Virus record (IMG/VR): IMGVR_UViG_3300044695_006284
Coordinates: 1-64,000 of that record
Strand: one strand, 5' to 3'
DNA: 64,000 nucleotides
Source of the DNA: a virus
Part shown: positions 1 to 7,584 of the stretch, in pieces
Position numbering within the stretch: the first letter of the stretch is position 1
Layout: each line of letters opens with the position of its first letter
The notes under the pieces: model-generated
What the model was told of the DNA's origin: nothing
What the model saw: the letters and a program-made list of their open reading frames with translations, nothing else
Database searches by the model: none
Translations under genes and position numbers: made by a program

Positions 1-80
1 ATTAAAGCAGGACATGATTTGCCAGAAGGACTTCTGCTGGAGATACTTTCAGATGATGATAGATATGGTAAAATATAGTT

Positions 81-305
81 ATGGACAACAACATTGAATT
101 AACAGATGAAGAGATCTCAAAAGGGTATGAGTCAGATAACCCAGATGAAGATAAGTGGGATAACATTGAGAAGGCTTGTTGGAGCGGTTATAAGCAGGTT
201 GGTATGAAAGATAAGGGCGGAAGAAGAGTCCCTAACTGCGTACCAGTAAAGAAGTCTCTATTTGGCACAGAAGGACCACAGAGCCTCATACCAAGGAATA
301 AGTAA
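81..305 (+). CDS. hypothetical phage protein with CWxGY...VPNCVP motif
   Basis: ORF; TGGTAAAAT -10 just upstream suggests a leaderless mRNA; two-Cys motif. Confidence 0.7.
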   Translation: MDNNIELTDEEISKGYESDNPDEDKWDNIEKACWSGYKQVGMKDKGGRRVPNCVPVKKSLFGTEGPQSLIPRNK

Positions 306-306
306 T

Positions 307-474
307 ATGGGGATACTAGATAACCTTGAAGCGGCTCTAGAGGCGGAAGAGGCAGAAATCTGTCACTACTGTAACGAAGTAGCTAAATATACAGATATAG
401 CTGAAAAAGATCAAGCATCATATGGCATAGTAGGTGTATGCGAATGTCATGCATATAAAGGATTATCTTCTTAA
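307..474 (+). CDS. small putative Zn-binding protein
   Basis: Start reassigned to ATG307 (MGILDNLE); CHYC and CECH motifs. Confidence 0.6.
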   Translation: MGILDNLEAALEAEEAEICHYCNEVAKYTDIAEKDQASYGIVGVCECHAYKGLSS

Positions 475-510
475 TATAGACCGAAAGTGAAGTCGAAAAG
501 TAGAGACCCC

Positions 511-539
511 TTGTCAGTACCTGACATAAATGTTATAAT
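511..539 (+). promoter_or_regulatory. housekeeping-sigma promoter TTGTCA-N17-TATAAT overlapping palindrome TGTCAG-TAC-CTGACA
   Basis: ATG546 lies 6 nt after the -10 (leaderless). Confidence 0.65.
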
Positions 540-545
540 AAATGC

Positions 546-755
546 ATGTTACAGAACTTAGAAATACCTGATCCATTTGCTACTTTTGTGGCACACAAAT
601 ATGCCAATTTTAAAGGCATGAAATATGACTTCTTTAGCGGTGAATGGGATATGGCATGCGGTGCATGCCAAGAGCCATTGAGCGCTCCAACTAAGAAAAT
701 ATTGACTAAGATCAGACTATATCATACTCGTAATGAATGTCTTGGGGGATACTGA
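546..755 (+). CDS. small C2HC zinc-finger-like protein
   Basis: CGAC ... HTRNEC. Confidence 0.65.
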   Translation: MLQNLEIPDPFATFVAHKYANFKGMKYDFFSGEWDMACGACQEPLSAPTKKILTKIRLYHTRNECLGGY

Positions 756-1100
756 TGATAGATAAGATTATAGGTAGAGATCCCAATTGCTATACAGGCG
801 GTGACTGCTGGAATTATGACTATTCAGATAGATGGTTGTTACTCTTCGGTATCACAATATCAATAGTAGTCATAGCCAGAATAATACGCAATAAAAGGCG
901 GGGTGGCAAATAGGTATGGCAAAAAAGCGGAAATTCAATTGGGATCAACAGCTTCAATATGCCCAAGAAGCATTAGATAAGAATAAAGCCCTAATAGAGT
1001 CTACATCTAGAGGAACTAATGCAAATAAGGCTTCATCTTGGTCTAGAAGACCATCTAAAAACAAAAGCCCATTGCAGTAAGATAATGGTAGAATAGACCT

Positions 1101-1577
1101 ATGAAGAAGATAATGATAGCTGATGTGGTTAAGGCAGTTGCAGAAGAAATAGAATCTGAAGAAGATAGAGCCATTCGTGAAGAAGTGGCAGAATCTCTTG
1201 GCGTAGAGCCAGGTGATGTAGATGACGATGATGTTGAAAATTACCTATCAATGGGCGGGAACAAAGGGGAGCTGGAATCCTCAGTAGGCCCAATACAATG
1301 GATATATGACAATAAAGATAAGACATATGTCGTATACATGATAGTTACAACCATGGGAAAGCAAAGAGATATCATATACAATATAGACCCTAATATAATG
1401 AAAGACTGGAGAGATTCTCAGTCTATGGGAGAATATTGGAATATGAATATCAGATCCAATGAAGCAATTGAAAATAAGGCAAGAAGCAAAGATTTTCCTA
1501 TTGGTGGATGTAAACCAAATCCTGTGGACCCACAGGTTGTCGATAGATTTTCCACCAGATTTGCTGCCATATCCTAA
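1101..1577 (+). CDS. protein with acidic N-terminus and KTSC-like C-terminal domain
   Basis: YD....Y.V....Y.I......W..S.S.GEYWN.NIR resembles the KTSC pattern. Confidence 0.5.
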   Translation: MKKIMIADVVKAVAEEIESEEDRAIREEVAESLGVEPGDVDDDDVENYLSMGGNKGELESSVGPIQWIYDNKDKTYVVYMIVTTMGKQRDIIYNIDPNIMKDWRDSQSMGEYWNMNIRSNEAIENKARSKDFPIGGCKPNPVDPQVVDRFSTRFAAIS

Positions 1578-1628
1578 TATCCCCCTCCCTTTAATCTCCC
1601 TTGTATGAGCCTCCTAGAGGCTTATTTA

Positions 1629-1654
1629 GTGGAGTATTGTGGAGTAAAGTGGAG
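1629..1654 (+). repeat. GTGGAG x3 with exact 10-bp period
   Basis: Copies at 1629, 1639, 1649 in non-coding DNA. Confidence 0.7.
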
Positions 1655-1798
1655 AATCATACTATTAATTTAGGCCTAAATACTATCATTATATATATCT
1701 GAATATACCTGTGTAATGGTACAAACGATATCATTTCGTAATCGTAATGTCAATAGCGCCCATATAAAGCATATTGGCCAATATATGTCAATAGATAT

Positions 1799-1853
1799 TT
1801 CCAGGATATTTAAAATATGTTCGTAAAGAGCAATTTTGGCCCATATTTATGCC
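1799..1853 (+). repeat. tripartite element copy 1 (TTCCAG-N17-CGTAA-N13-CCC)
   Basis: Fixed spacing; weak terminal hairpin. Confidence 0.7.
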
Positions 1854-1943
1854 AAAAAATTATGTCTAATTCTGTATAATTTGTCTCATATAATGAGATA
1901 TTTTATACAGATTTTGACAGATTTTATTCAATATGCATACAAA

Positions 1944-1998
1944 TTCCAGCGTATTTTTACATGCGTCGTAAAGAGAAAATTTGGCCCATAAGATGGGC
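1944..1998 (+). repeat. tripartite element copy 2
   Basis: TTCCAG-N17-CGTAA-N13-CCCAT AAG ATGGGC. Confidence 0.8.
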
Positions 1999-2200
1999 AT
2001 ACAAAAATGGGACATATAGCTAATTAAAGCCATATGCCCCATAGGGGAAATTTATCTATCTAGTAATCTATTTCCAAATGCTTCACCGATCATCATAATT
2101 AATGCAATCATTACAAAAAAGACCATGAATAGTGTCCATATAAATCCTGTTGCAAATAATATGATTAATAGATTAAGTAAGACTATATTCCATGGTTTCA

Positions 2201-2545
2201 TTAGAATGAATCCAAATCCATTATATACTTAGGGTCTCTTACTCTTGTTTCTTTCAAGGAGTCTATTGTTAGGTTTCTATCCACCGCTCCATATTTTGCT
2301 TCCAGCATATCATTGAGCGCATCTGCTAAAAGCAATCCTTCGGATGTATATCCTTTATCCCATTCTGACTTTAATCTAAGGGAATTATATTGGATAATAT
2401 ATCTAACTAGTTCCATTAGTCTGTCTTGGGTATACAAGGTATGTTCAGTTGTTAGTACATTAGCCATTACTGCTGGTGAGAAGTTAGCATTATTTAGATA
2501 GTCTGTTAGTTTTTCTGCCGCTTTGAATTCGTTCGCCTTAGCCAT
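2201..2545 (-). CDS. hypothetical early protein
   Basis: ORF with CGAAAGGCGG RBS and upstream promoter. Confidence 0.8.
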   Translation of the reverse strand: MAKANEFKAAEKLTDYLNNANFSPAVMANVLTTEHTLYTQDRLMELVRYIIQYNSLRLKSEWDKGYTSEGLLLADALNDMLEAKYGAVDRNLTIDSLKETRVRDPKYIMDLDSF

Positions 2546-2565
2546 GAGTTCCGCCTTTCGTTTTG

Positions 2566-2587
2566 ATTATACCATTGACCACTGACA
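2566..2587 (-). promoter_or_regulatory. RecA-NDp/PafBC-type promoter
   Basis: TGTCAG-TGGTCAATGG-TATAAT. Confidence 0.8.
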
Positions 2588-2599
2588 TTTGTAAATGAA

Positions 2600-2630
2600 G
2601 GGGGACCTGCCTCCGAAGAGGAAGGTCCCC
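2600..2630 (-). terminator. UUCG-capped hairpin, probable terminator after the Lsr2-like gene
   Basis: GGGGACCT.CCTC-TTCG-GAGG.AGGTCCCC. Confidence 0.65.
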
Positions 2631-2641
2631 ACAGTTAGTTA

Positions 2642-2791
2642 TTACTTGACGTTCTTCTTGTCTGTGAAGACTACGCCTTCTTGTGCTGCCTTGCTGATAG
2701 CTCCTAGAGCTGCAGCTGAAAAGCGGCCACGCTTGCCCACAGAAATTCCCTGGGCCTTTAGGTATTCACGAGTTGTTGTTGGTGTTGACAT
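2642..2791 (-). CDS. 49-aa stand-alone Lsr2-like DNA-binding domain (absent from the ORF track)
   Basis: MSTPTTTREYLKAQGISVGKRGRFSAAALGAISKAAQEGVVFTDKKNVK; RE....G..V..RGR motif; GAAAGGA RBS. Confidence 0.75.
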   Translation of the reverse strand: MSTPTTTREYLKAQGISVGKRGRFSAAALGAISKAAQEGVVFTDKKNVK

Positions 2792-2837
2792 AGTTTGATC
2801 CTTTCTAGATCGAGTTGTTATATATATTATATCCGAA

Positions 2838-2895
2838 TTTCGGGGTTTTGTAAATAGGGTCGTAAAGCAATATTTTTGCCCGTGTCCCTTAGCTT
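2838..2895 (+). repeat. tripartite element copy 3 (variant TTTCGG)
   Basis: TTTCGG-N17-CGTAA-N13-CCC. Confidence 0.65.
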
Positions 2896-2939
2896 AATGA
2901 CCGTTATGTCCGAATTGTCCATAACGGCCAAAGCTATCT

Positions 2940-3122
2940 TTATTCAGTTGTTAGTTCTTCTACTTGGTATGGCTCTATCTTATCCTTTTTAGCAGCAGCC
3001 TTTACCCATTCCTTTTTTGGGCTTGATACTGCCTTATACCATGCGTCATCGCTATCATCTGCAGTTACTACAATGTAGTAATCCTGAATGATATCTCCAT
3101 AGACTTTATATTGTTTGCTCAT
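2940..3122 (-). CDS. hypothetical early protein
   Basis: ORF in an overlapping operon. Confidence 0.7.
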   Translation of the reverse strand: MSKQYKVYGDIIQDYYIVVTADDSDDAWYKAVSSPKKEWVKAAAKKDKIEPYQVEELTTE

Positions 3123-3256
3123 AGTCCTACCTGCTCTATCTTATCTTTAATTAATTTAGCAATGATGTTGTGCGCCTCGATGTTTTCTGTTTCGGACCCA
3201 CCCCATAGCAAGGCCTGGGCCTTACTAAGTTGATCGTTTAGATACTCATCACTCAT
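3119..3256 (-). CDS. 45-aa hypothetical protein (MSDEYLNDQ...)
   Basis: Fills the gap and overlaps both neighbours. Confidence 0.6.
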   Translation of the reverse strand: MSDEYLNDQLSKAQALLWGGSETENIEAHNIIAKLIKDKIEQVGL

Positions 3257-3563
3257 CTTCATCTTCGTCCTCCTCCTCTTCATCTTCAGGGTCTACGATG
3301 TAGTCCCTGTTTAACATCCATTCTAAAACTTCTTCTTGGTGCTGTTCTGCTCCCCATTCCAAGGAGAACCCCATACCAGCCTCCACGGCCTCACACAGGT
3401 GGTTCCACATGTCTTCTTGGGTTGCCTTGGCAACATAGGTGTCATCCTCTAGAATGCCATTGATTGTCGACCATGTCCACAACCAAACTAATGATAGACC
3501 TAAGTCAGTGCTGTCTAGAATCTCTAGACATTTGTTTAGTTTATCTTTATCTTCAGGCTTCAT
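3249..3563 (-). CDS. hypothetical protein with acidic tail
   Basis: ORF in operon. Confidence 0.75.
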   Translation of the reverse strand: MKPEDKDKLNKCLEILDSTDLGLSLVWLWTWSTINGILEDDTYVAKATQEDMWNHLCEAVEAGMGFSLEWGAEQHQEEVLEWMLNRDYIVDPEDEEEEDEDEDE

Positions 3564-3843
3564 TTGCTACACCAAAATCTGTTCTCTCTTGAATTGCAAA
3601 TGAGAGTTGATATGTTAATCGGTACAGGTCAACCAGCATGTCTAATCGTCCTTCACACTCTGTACGGACCATAGAGTCCATTGCTTCCTCTGATAGTTCT
3701 TCTTGCTCTAAAGCGCTTGTTAGGTCTTGCTCAGCAATAAGCATTAGATTCTTTAGTTCTCCGTGCAAGATATCAAGACCTGATACTCCTGCATTGACCA
3801 TGCGTTGCAAATGGGGCGGGAGCCCAATGTCTTCTTCATTCAT
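3553..3843 (-). CDS. hypothetical early protein
   Basis: ORF in operon. Confidence 0.75.
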   Translation of the reverse strand: MNEEDIGLPPHLQRMVNAGVSGLDILHGELKNLMLIAEQDLTSALEQEELSEEAMDSMVRTECEGRLDMLVDLYRLTYQLSFAIQERTDFGVANEA

Positions 3844-4046
3844 TAGATTACCTCATAGTTCACTAGTGTTGATTCATTTAAGTTGTTTGCCCAATCAGGC
3901 TTTCCTTCTACCCAATCATATTCAATATCGATATCTCCTCCGCCTTCGGCAGGAGCACCAATTTTTATTACCAATTCTGTCCCGTCCTCAAAAAAGATTT
4001 GTTCGACGGCGGAACGATAAGTAACTTCTCTAGATGATATATTCAT
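3843..4046 (-). CDS. hypothetical early protein
   Basis: AACGAAAGG RBS. Confidence 0.75.
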   Translation of the reverse strand: MNISSREVTYRSAVEQIFFEDGTELVIKIGAPAEGGGDIDIEYDWVEGKPDWANNLNESTLVNYEVI

Positions 4047-4234
4047 TATTCATACCTTTCGTTAGTAGAGTTCATTATATCAGTTGCCACTGACAATAAA
4101 TGCCTGGTTGCATAAATCTGTCCCTCAATATCTACTACATGTAAAGACATAGGATTTTCTTCTAGGTCTTGTTCTAAACTAATTAGATGTAATTTAATAT
4201 ACTCTAAGAATGCAGATGACTTAGTCATTATCAA
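4046..4234 (-). CDS. hypothetical early protein
   Basis: ORF; its 3' end contains the next promoter. Confidence 0.65.
   Translation of the reverse strand: MIMTKSSAFLEYIKLHLISLEQDLEENPMSLHVVDIEGQIYATRHLLSVATDIMNSTNERYE
4074..4095 (-). promoter_or_regulatory. RecA-NDp/PafBC-type promoter (inside CDS)
   Basis: TGTCAG-TGGCAACTGA-TATAAT. Confidence 0.75.
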
Positions 4235-4403
4235 AATATCCTTCTGCCCATAGCCCCTGGAGGAAGTCCTGTGCCTTTAGTAGCCCGTCCACAATTGGAT
4301 CTTCATCAACACGAACGATATCTGATTTAAGAATATAGAAAAGCTTGGCGTCATGCATAGCATTTCCCATTTCATCTATATCTGTTTTAGTATATCCTAG
4401 CAT
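4221..4403 (-). CDS. hypothetical early protein
   Basis: GGAGG RBS. Confidence 0.7.
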   Translation of the reverse strand: MLGYTKTDIDEMGNAMHDAKLFYILKSDIVRVDEDPIVDGLLKAQDFLQGLWAEGYFDND

Positions 4404-4543
4404 TCAATTGCCTCCATATATTTAAGCATAGTGTTGAGTGTTATGTGAATATAACAATCACAATCATCTGATGTATCTCTGTCATCAAAATGGATTAAGT
4501 TGTCATCATAGATATAATCAATTAGTTCTTGGCTGGTAATCAT
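4397..4543 (-). CDS. 48-aa hypothetical protein (MITSQELID...)
   Basis: Fills the gap with overlaps. Confidence 0.55.
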   Translation of the reverse strand: MITSQELIDYIYDDNLIHFDDRDTSDDCDCYIHITLNTMLKYMEAIEC

Positions 4544-4752
4544 AAGCAATACTCATCTCCTTCGATATATCCATAATATTCATTGTATGATTGCTTTAAG
4601 TTATCAGGAGCAAATTGCATAAATCTCCATTCAGCATATGCTTCCCCTTCATCTAAATTAGATTGATTCCAATCTTCAAATAATGCTTGCTCAATATCTA
4701 CTTGAATTGCTCCAAGGATATGTTCTCCTACTGTATCTGTAAATGCTTCCAT
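4540..4752 (-). CDS. hypothetical acidic protein
   Basis: GAAAGGCGG RBS. Confidence 0.7.
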   Translation of the reverse strand: MEAFTDTVGEHILGAIQVDIEQALFEDWNQSNLDEGEAYAEWRFMQFAPDNLKQSYNEYYGYIEGDEYCL

Positions 4753-5486
4753 TATGCTTCCGCCTTTCTATATTCGGGTACTTTAGTGTCTAAGTATATC
4801 TTATGGGTCTGACAAATTGCTACAGCCTCTAGGTCAGCATTGCCTAGCCAGTTGCAGTTGCCACAGATTTCACCGCAGTCATTGTCGCAGTATTCCATTT
4901 GGTCGGTTGCATCACAATCACGGCACATGTTATCGTATTCTGATTCTGATATAACTTCTCCACGGAGGAATTCCATTTCCCCACCCCAACCTGTTTCTTC
5001 TTCGTATGATAAAGTAAATAGTAGATTAGGATACTGTGCAGATAGTTTAGAGATAGCGCCAAGAGGTCGTGACCATGCAGTGTTAAAGTTGTAATGAACT
5101 ACATAGTTCTCGCCATTTTCTGCTTCTTCAATAGTTGTATCAGGATACTTATTATCCTCGGCTACAGCAACATCCCACTTGGTTCCCCACTCACGCACAT
5201 TAAAGTTGTACCAGTCATTGGTTTCAAACTTCATTGCCTGAGAAAAGTCGGTGGAACGAGGAGGCTGTCCATGATATTCCTCATCAGTAATACCAGCATC
5301 TCTATAGTTATAGATATTATGAAAAGCAAAGATAGGATTAACATACTTAGTCTGCTTGACATCATATGATAAATCACCTAATGCAGTAATAGAATAAACA
5401 AATGGCTTATTCATCTGCTTGATTAAAGATTTAACTTGCTCAGGATTACCTTCAATAGTTAATCCATTAAATACCCAATTTGGCAT
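4752..5486 (-). CDS. YubB/DUF1281-like ferredoxin-like domain protein with C-terminal Cys cluster
   Basis: Start reassigned to MPNWVFN; WY.FN...WGTKW and FNTAWS.P motifs. Confidence 0.75.
   Translation of the reverse strand: MPNWVFNGLTIEGNPEQVKSLIKQMNKPFVYSITALGDLSYDVKQTKYVNPIFAFHNIYNYRDAGITDEEYHGQPPRSTDFSQAMKFETNDWYNFNVREWGTKWDVAVAEDNKYPDTTIEEAENGENYVVHYNFNTAWSRPLGAISKLSAQYPNLLFTLSYEEETGWGGEMEFLRGEVISESEYDNMCRDCDATDQMEYCDNDCGEICGNCNWLGNADLEAVAICQTHKIYLDTKVPEYRKAEA
4793..4814 (-). promoter_or_regulatory. RecA-NDp/PafBC-type promoter (inside CDS)
   Basis: TGTCAG-ACCCATAAGA-TATACT. Confidence 0.7.
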
Positions 5487-5513
5487 TTTATATCCTTTCG
5501 TTGATATGTTCCA

Positions 5514-5535
5514 ATTATACAATGGACCACTGACA
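5514..5535 (-). promoter_or_regulatory. RecA-NDp/PafBC-type promoter
   Basis: TGTCAG-TGGTCCATTG-TATAAT. Confidence 0.8.
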
Positions 5536-5601
5536 AATGGAATAGAATTGGCATGTGATACATGCCACATGATTCAGCTTTGTGGTCAACATCACAGCAA
5601 A

Positions 5602-5661
5602 TTCCAGGGAATATAATTGACAGTCGTAAAGACAATATGCTACCCTCATGTCTTTGAGGGC
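5602..5661 (+). repeat. tripartite element copy 4
   Basis: TTCCAG-N17-CGTAA-N13-CCCTC...GAGGGC. Confidence 0.8.
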
Positions 5662-5690
5662 AAAGAAAAACCCCCAGCTTAACTGGGGGT
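5662..5690 (-). terminator. Rho-independent terminator
   Basis: CCCCCAG-TTAAG-CTGGGGG-TTTTTCTTT. Confidence 0.8.
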
Positions 5691-5809
5691 CTTGAATAAT
5701 GGCTGCCTGGATTTCCAACGAAAGAAATAAACCCGCTTTACTTAGCGCCTGGCCCGAAGACTGATAGACGCACCATTATATTTCCTATTAAAACCAGGAC
5801 CTTAGTCCT
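5662..5809 (-). ncRNA. candidate ~145-nt structured sRNA with anti-leader loop
   Basis: Extended -10 TGGTATAAT (5816-5824); several stems; intrinsic terminator at 5662-5690. Confidence 0.5.
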
Positions 5810-5816
5810 AGTCTAA

Positions 5817-6182
5817 TTATACCATAACTAGTCGACTGTATTTGTCTACGAATGATGCTAAGGATGAACTAAATACAACTGTTTTTAGGTCTTCCTCGTA
5901 TAGCGTAAATGTTTGGTTTGTCCAATCAATTACAGGGACCTTGTGTTCGTTGTCTCCCAATTGGTTGACATAGATACCCCACGATAATGTTTGGTTCCAG
6001 TCTTCTCCAATTAGATGTGATATAGCAATGCGTGTTGCATATGACTCATCCTGCCAACGGGACTCCGCTGCCTGCACTGCATTTGCTAGTTTGGCTAGCA
6101 TGTCATACCCAGCCCAGTGTCCATATAGAAATACTACATTTTCCTTGGAATCTCTGAATCCAAAGTTTGCTCTGTCGCCCAT
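5817..6182 (-). CDS. hypothetical phage protein (MGDRAN...LYGHWAG)
   Basis: ORF with GGCGG RBS. Confidence 0.8.
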   Translation of the reverse strand: MGDRANFGFRDSKENVVFLYGHWAGYDMLAKLANAVQAAESRWQDESYATRIAISHLIGEDWNQTLSWGIYVNQLGDNEHKVPVIDWTNQTFTLYEEDLKTVVFSSSLASFVDKYSRLVMV

Positions 6183-6184
6183 TT

Positions 6185-6385
6185 TTATTCCGCCGTTTCT
6201 AAAGTAGGTATTGCTAGTTCTATCTTGTCTAATTCTATCACTTCATAGGCTACCTTGTCTAGGCCTGCCTTGTTTTTATTGTAGTGGTGACCGCAAAAAG
6301 CTAACTCACCATCTACTAGTTTAACTAGATACATTGCATCTGCTGATCCACATGCATCACATGGAATGAACTCTCTGTCTCTCAT
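6185..6385 (-). CDS. small Zn-binding protein (CDAC...FCGHH)
   Basis: Cys/His motif. Confidence 0.75.
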   Translation of the reverse strand: MRDREFIPCDACGSADAMYLVKLVDGELAFCGHHYNKNKAGLDKVAYEVIELDKIELAIPTLETAE

Positions 6386-6528
6386 AGAGCACCGCCCTCA
6401 ATCATCTCAGAAAGACGGTCAAGAATCCAAGAATCAATATCGTTGATATCAATTTCTGATAACTTCTCCATTATTTCTTCACGGGCAAACTTATACCCGT
6501 CATCCCAGCCATCCTTATAGTCTGACAT
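6382..6528 (-). CDS. 48-aa hypothetical protein (MSDYKDGWDDGY...)
   Basis: AGGAG RBS; ATGA overlap with next gene. Confidence 0.65.
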   Translation of the reverse strand: MSDYKDGWDDGYKFAREEIMEKLSEIDINDIDSWILDRLSEMIEGGAL

Positions 6529-6537
6529 AATCTCTCC

Positions 6538-6741
6538 TTAATAACCTGTGGTTTCGTAGTCTGATACATAAGATTCAGTTAAGTTATACTTATCTCTAAG
6601 TCTACTTACTTTCTCAATACTACCAGTTCCAATGTTGAATGTCAATGCAGACATTGCTTGTGGGTCAAGTCCTGTTATTTGTGCATCCCAATAGGCCATC
6701 TCCATGGATAGCCTATCAGGAGCGGTAAGTTCAAAGTACAT
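6538..6741 (-). CDS. hypothetical early protein
   Basis: ORF. Confidence 0.7.
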   Translation of the reverse strand: MYFELTAPDRLSMEMAYWDAQITGLDPQAMSALTFNIGTGSIEKVSRLRDKYNLTESYVSDYETTGY

Positions 6742-7358
6742 TAGCCCTCGATTCTATCTACAGATGATGATAGCCAACTAATACCGTCTGAGTCATAAGA
6801 AACAGTGTCAAAATCAATATCATGAATTAGATTGTGTGCAGACTCTTCATCACGAGCATTAACTGTAATTGAATATAGAACTGTTACTTCTAGTTCAAAC
6901 TCATTTGTTAGTTCAAATCCACAGATGCCAGCAATTTCTTCTGCTTGAAATTCTGTAAGAGATTCGTCATCAAGGCCTTCGAGTGTGAATACCTTCATGT
7001 CATCACGCAATTTGCTTAGAGTTCCTGCAGTTGCATAATCACGCTGAGTTATACGCTGGATGTGCTCTTCTAACTGTGTAATGCGGGCTTTGTTATCTAC
7101 TAACTGTGACTCAAGAAATTCCCGTGTCAAGTAGTGATTATCTGTTGTTGTTTCCATTTTATCCTCTTTCGTTGTTGTTGGTGTAATTGTAGCATGCTCC
7201 ACTGACAATAATGTGGTCTTGCGTCCGCATGGGCATGTGAGTTCTGTCACACCTGAAGGAAAGCCAAATCCATCAGATGATGTTAGTTCTATTAATGAAT
7301 CGCATTCATCTGGGTCACAGACAAATGTATACTTGCTTGATACTAGTTCGTTGGTCAT
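6741..7358 (-). CDS. Zn-ribbon plus coiled-coil protein with an internal in-frame start at 7157
   Basis: Leaderless ATG7358; internal promoter and RBS precede ATG7157. Confidence 0.7.
   Translation of the reverse strand: MTNELVSSKYTFVCDPDECDSLIELTSSDGFGFPSGVTELTCPCGRKTTLLSVEHATITPTTTKEDKMETTTDNHYLTREFLESQLVDNKARITQLEEHIQRITQRDYATAGTLSKLRDDMKVFTLEGLDDESLTEFQAEEIAGICGFELTNEFELEVTVLYSITVNARDEESAHNLIHDIDFDTVSYDSDGISWLSSSVDRIEG
7186..7207 (-). promoter_or_regulatory. RecA-NDp/PafBC-type promoter (inside CDS)
   Basis: TGTCAG-TGGAGCATGC-TACAAT. Confidence 0.75.
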
Positions 7359-7365
7359 AAAGAGA

Positions 7366-7387
7366 ATTGTACCAGGTCCCACTGACA
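7366..7387 (-). promoter_or_regulatory. RecA-NDp/PafBC-type promoter
   Basis: TGTCAG-TGGGACCTGG-TACAAT. Confidence 0.8.
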
Positions 7388-7398
7388 TTATCAAGGAT

Positions 7399-7456
7399 TT
7401 CCAGGGGATATTTATGTGAGTCGTAACACACTTTTTGCCCCCTTAGCTTTGAGGGC
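7399..7456 (+). repeat. tripartite element copy 5
   Basis: TTCCAG-N17-CGTAA-N13-CCCTTAGCTTTGAGGGC. Confidence 0.8.
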
Positions 7457-7459
7457 GCT

Positions 7460-7536
7460 TGGCGATCCATAACGGACTTGAACCGTCGACCTCTACCGTG
7501 ACAGGGTAGCGCTCTAACCAACTGAGCTAATGGACC
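7460..7536 (-). tRNA. tRNA-Asp(GTC)
   Basis: Cloverleaf; CTACC-CT GTC AC-GGTAG anticodon arm; GTTCAAG T-loop; encoded CCA. Confidence 0.95.
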
Positions 7537-7549
7537 TGGAAAAAATTGT

Positions 7550-7576
7550 GAGCAGTTTTTATTCATGCTCAGGAAT
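7550..7576 (-). ncRNA. 27-nt H-type pseudoknot copy A
   Basis: ATTC-CTGAGCAT-GAAT-AAAAAC-TGCTC. Confidence 0.6.
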
Positions 7577-7584
7577 TTATTTAT

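Noticed and set aside
1843-1870. Possible dif site (TTATGTCTAAT resembles a XerD arm)
   Set aside because: There is no XerC arm at the 6-bp spacing.
7315-7566. 83-aa ORF in the ORF track
   Set aside because: It overlaps tRNA-Asp, a tripartite element and a promoter.
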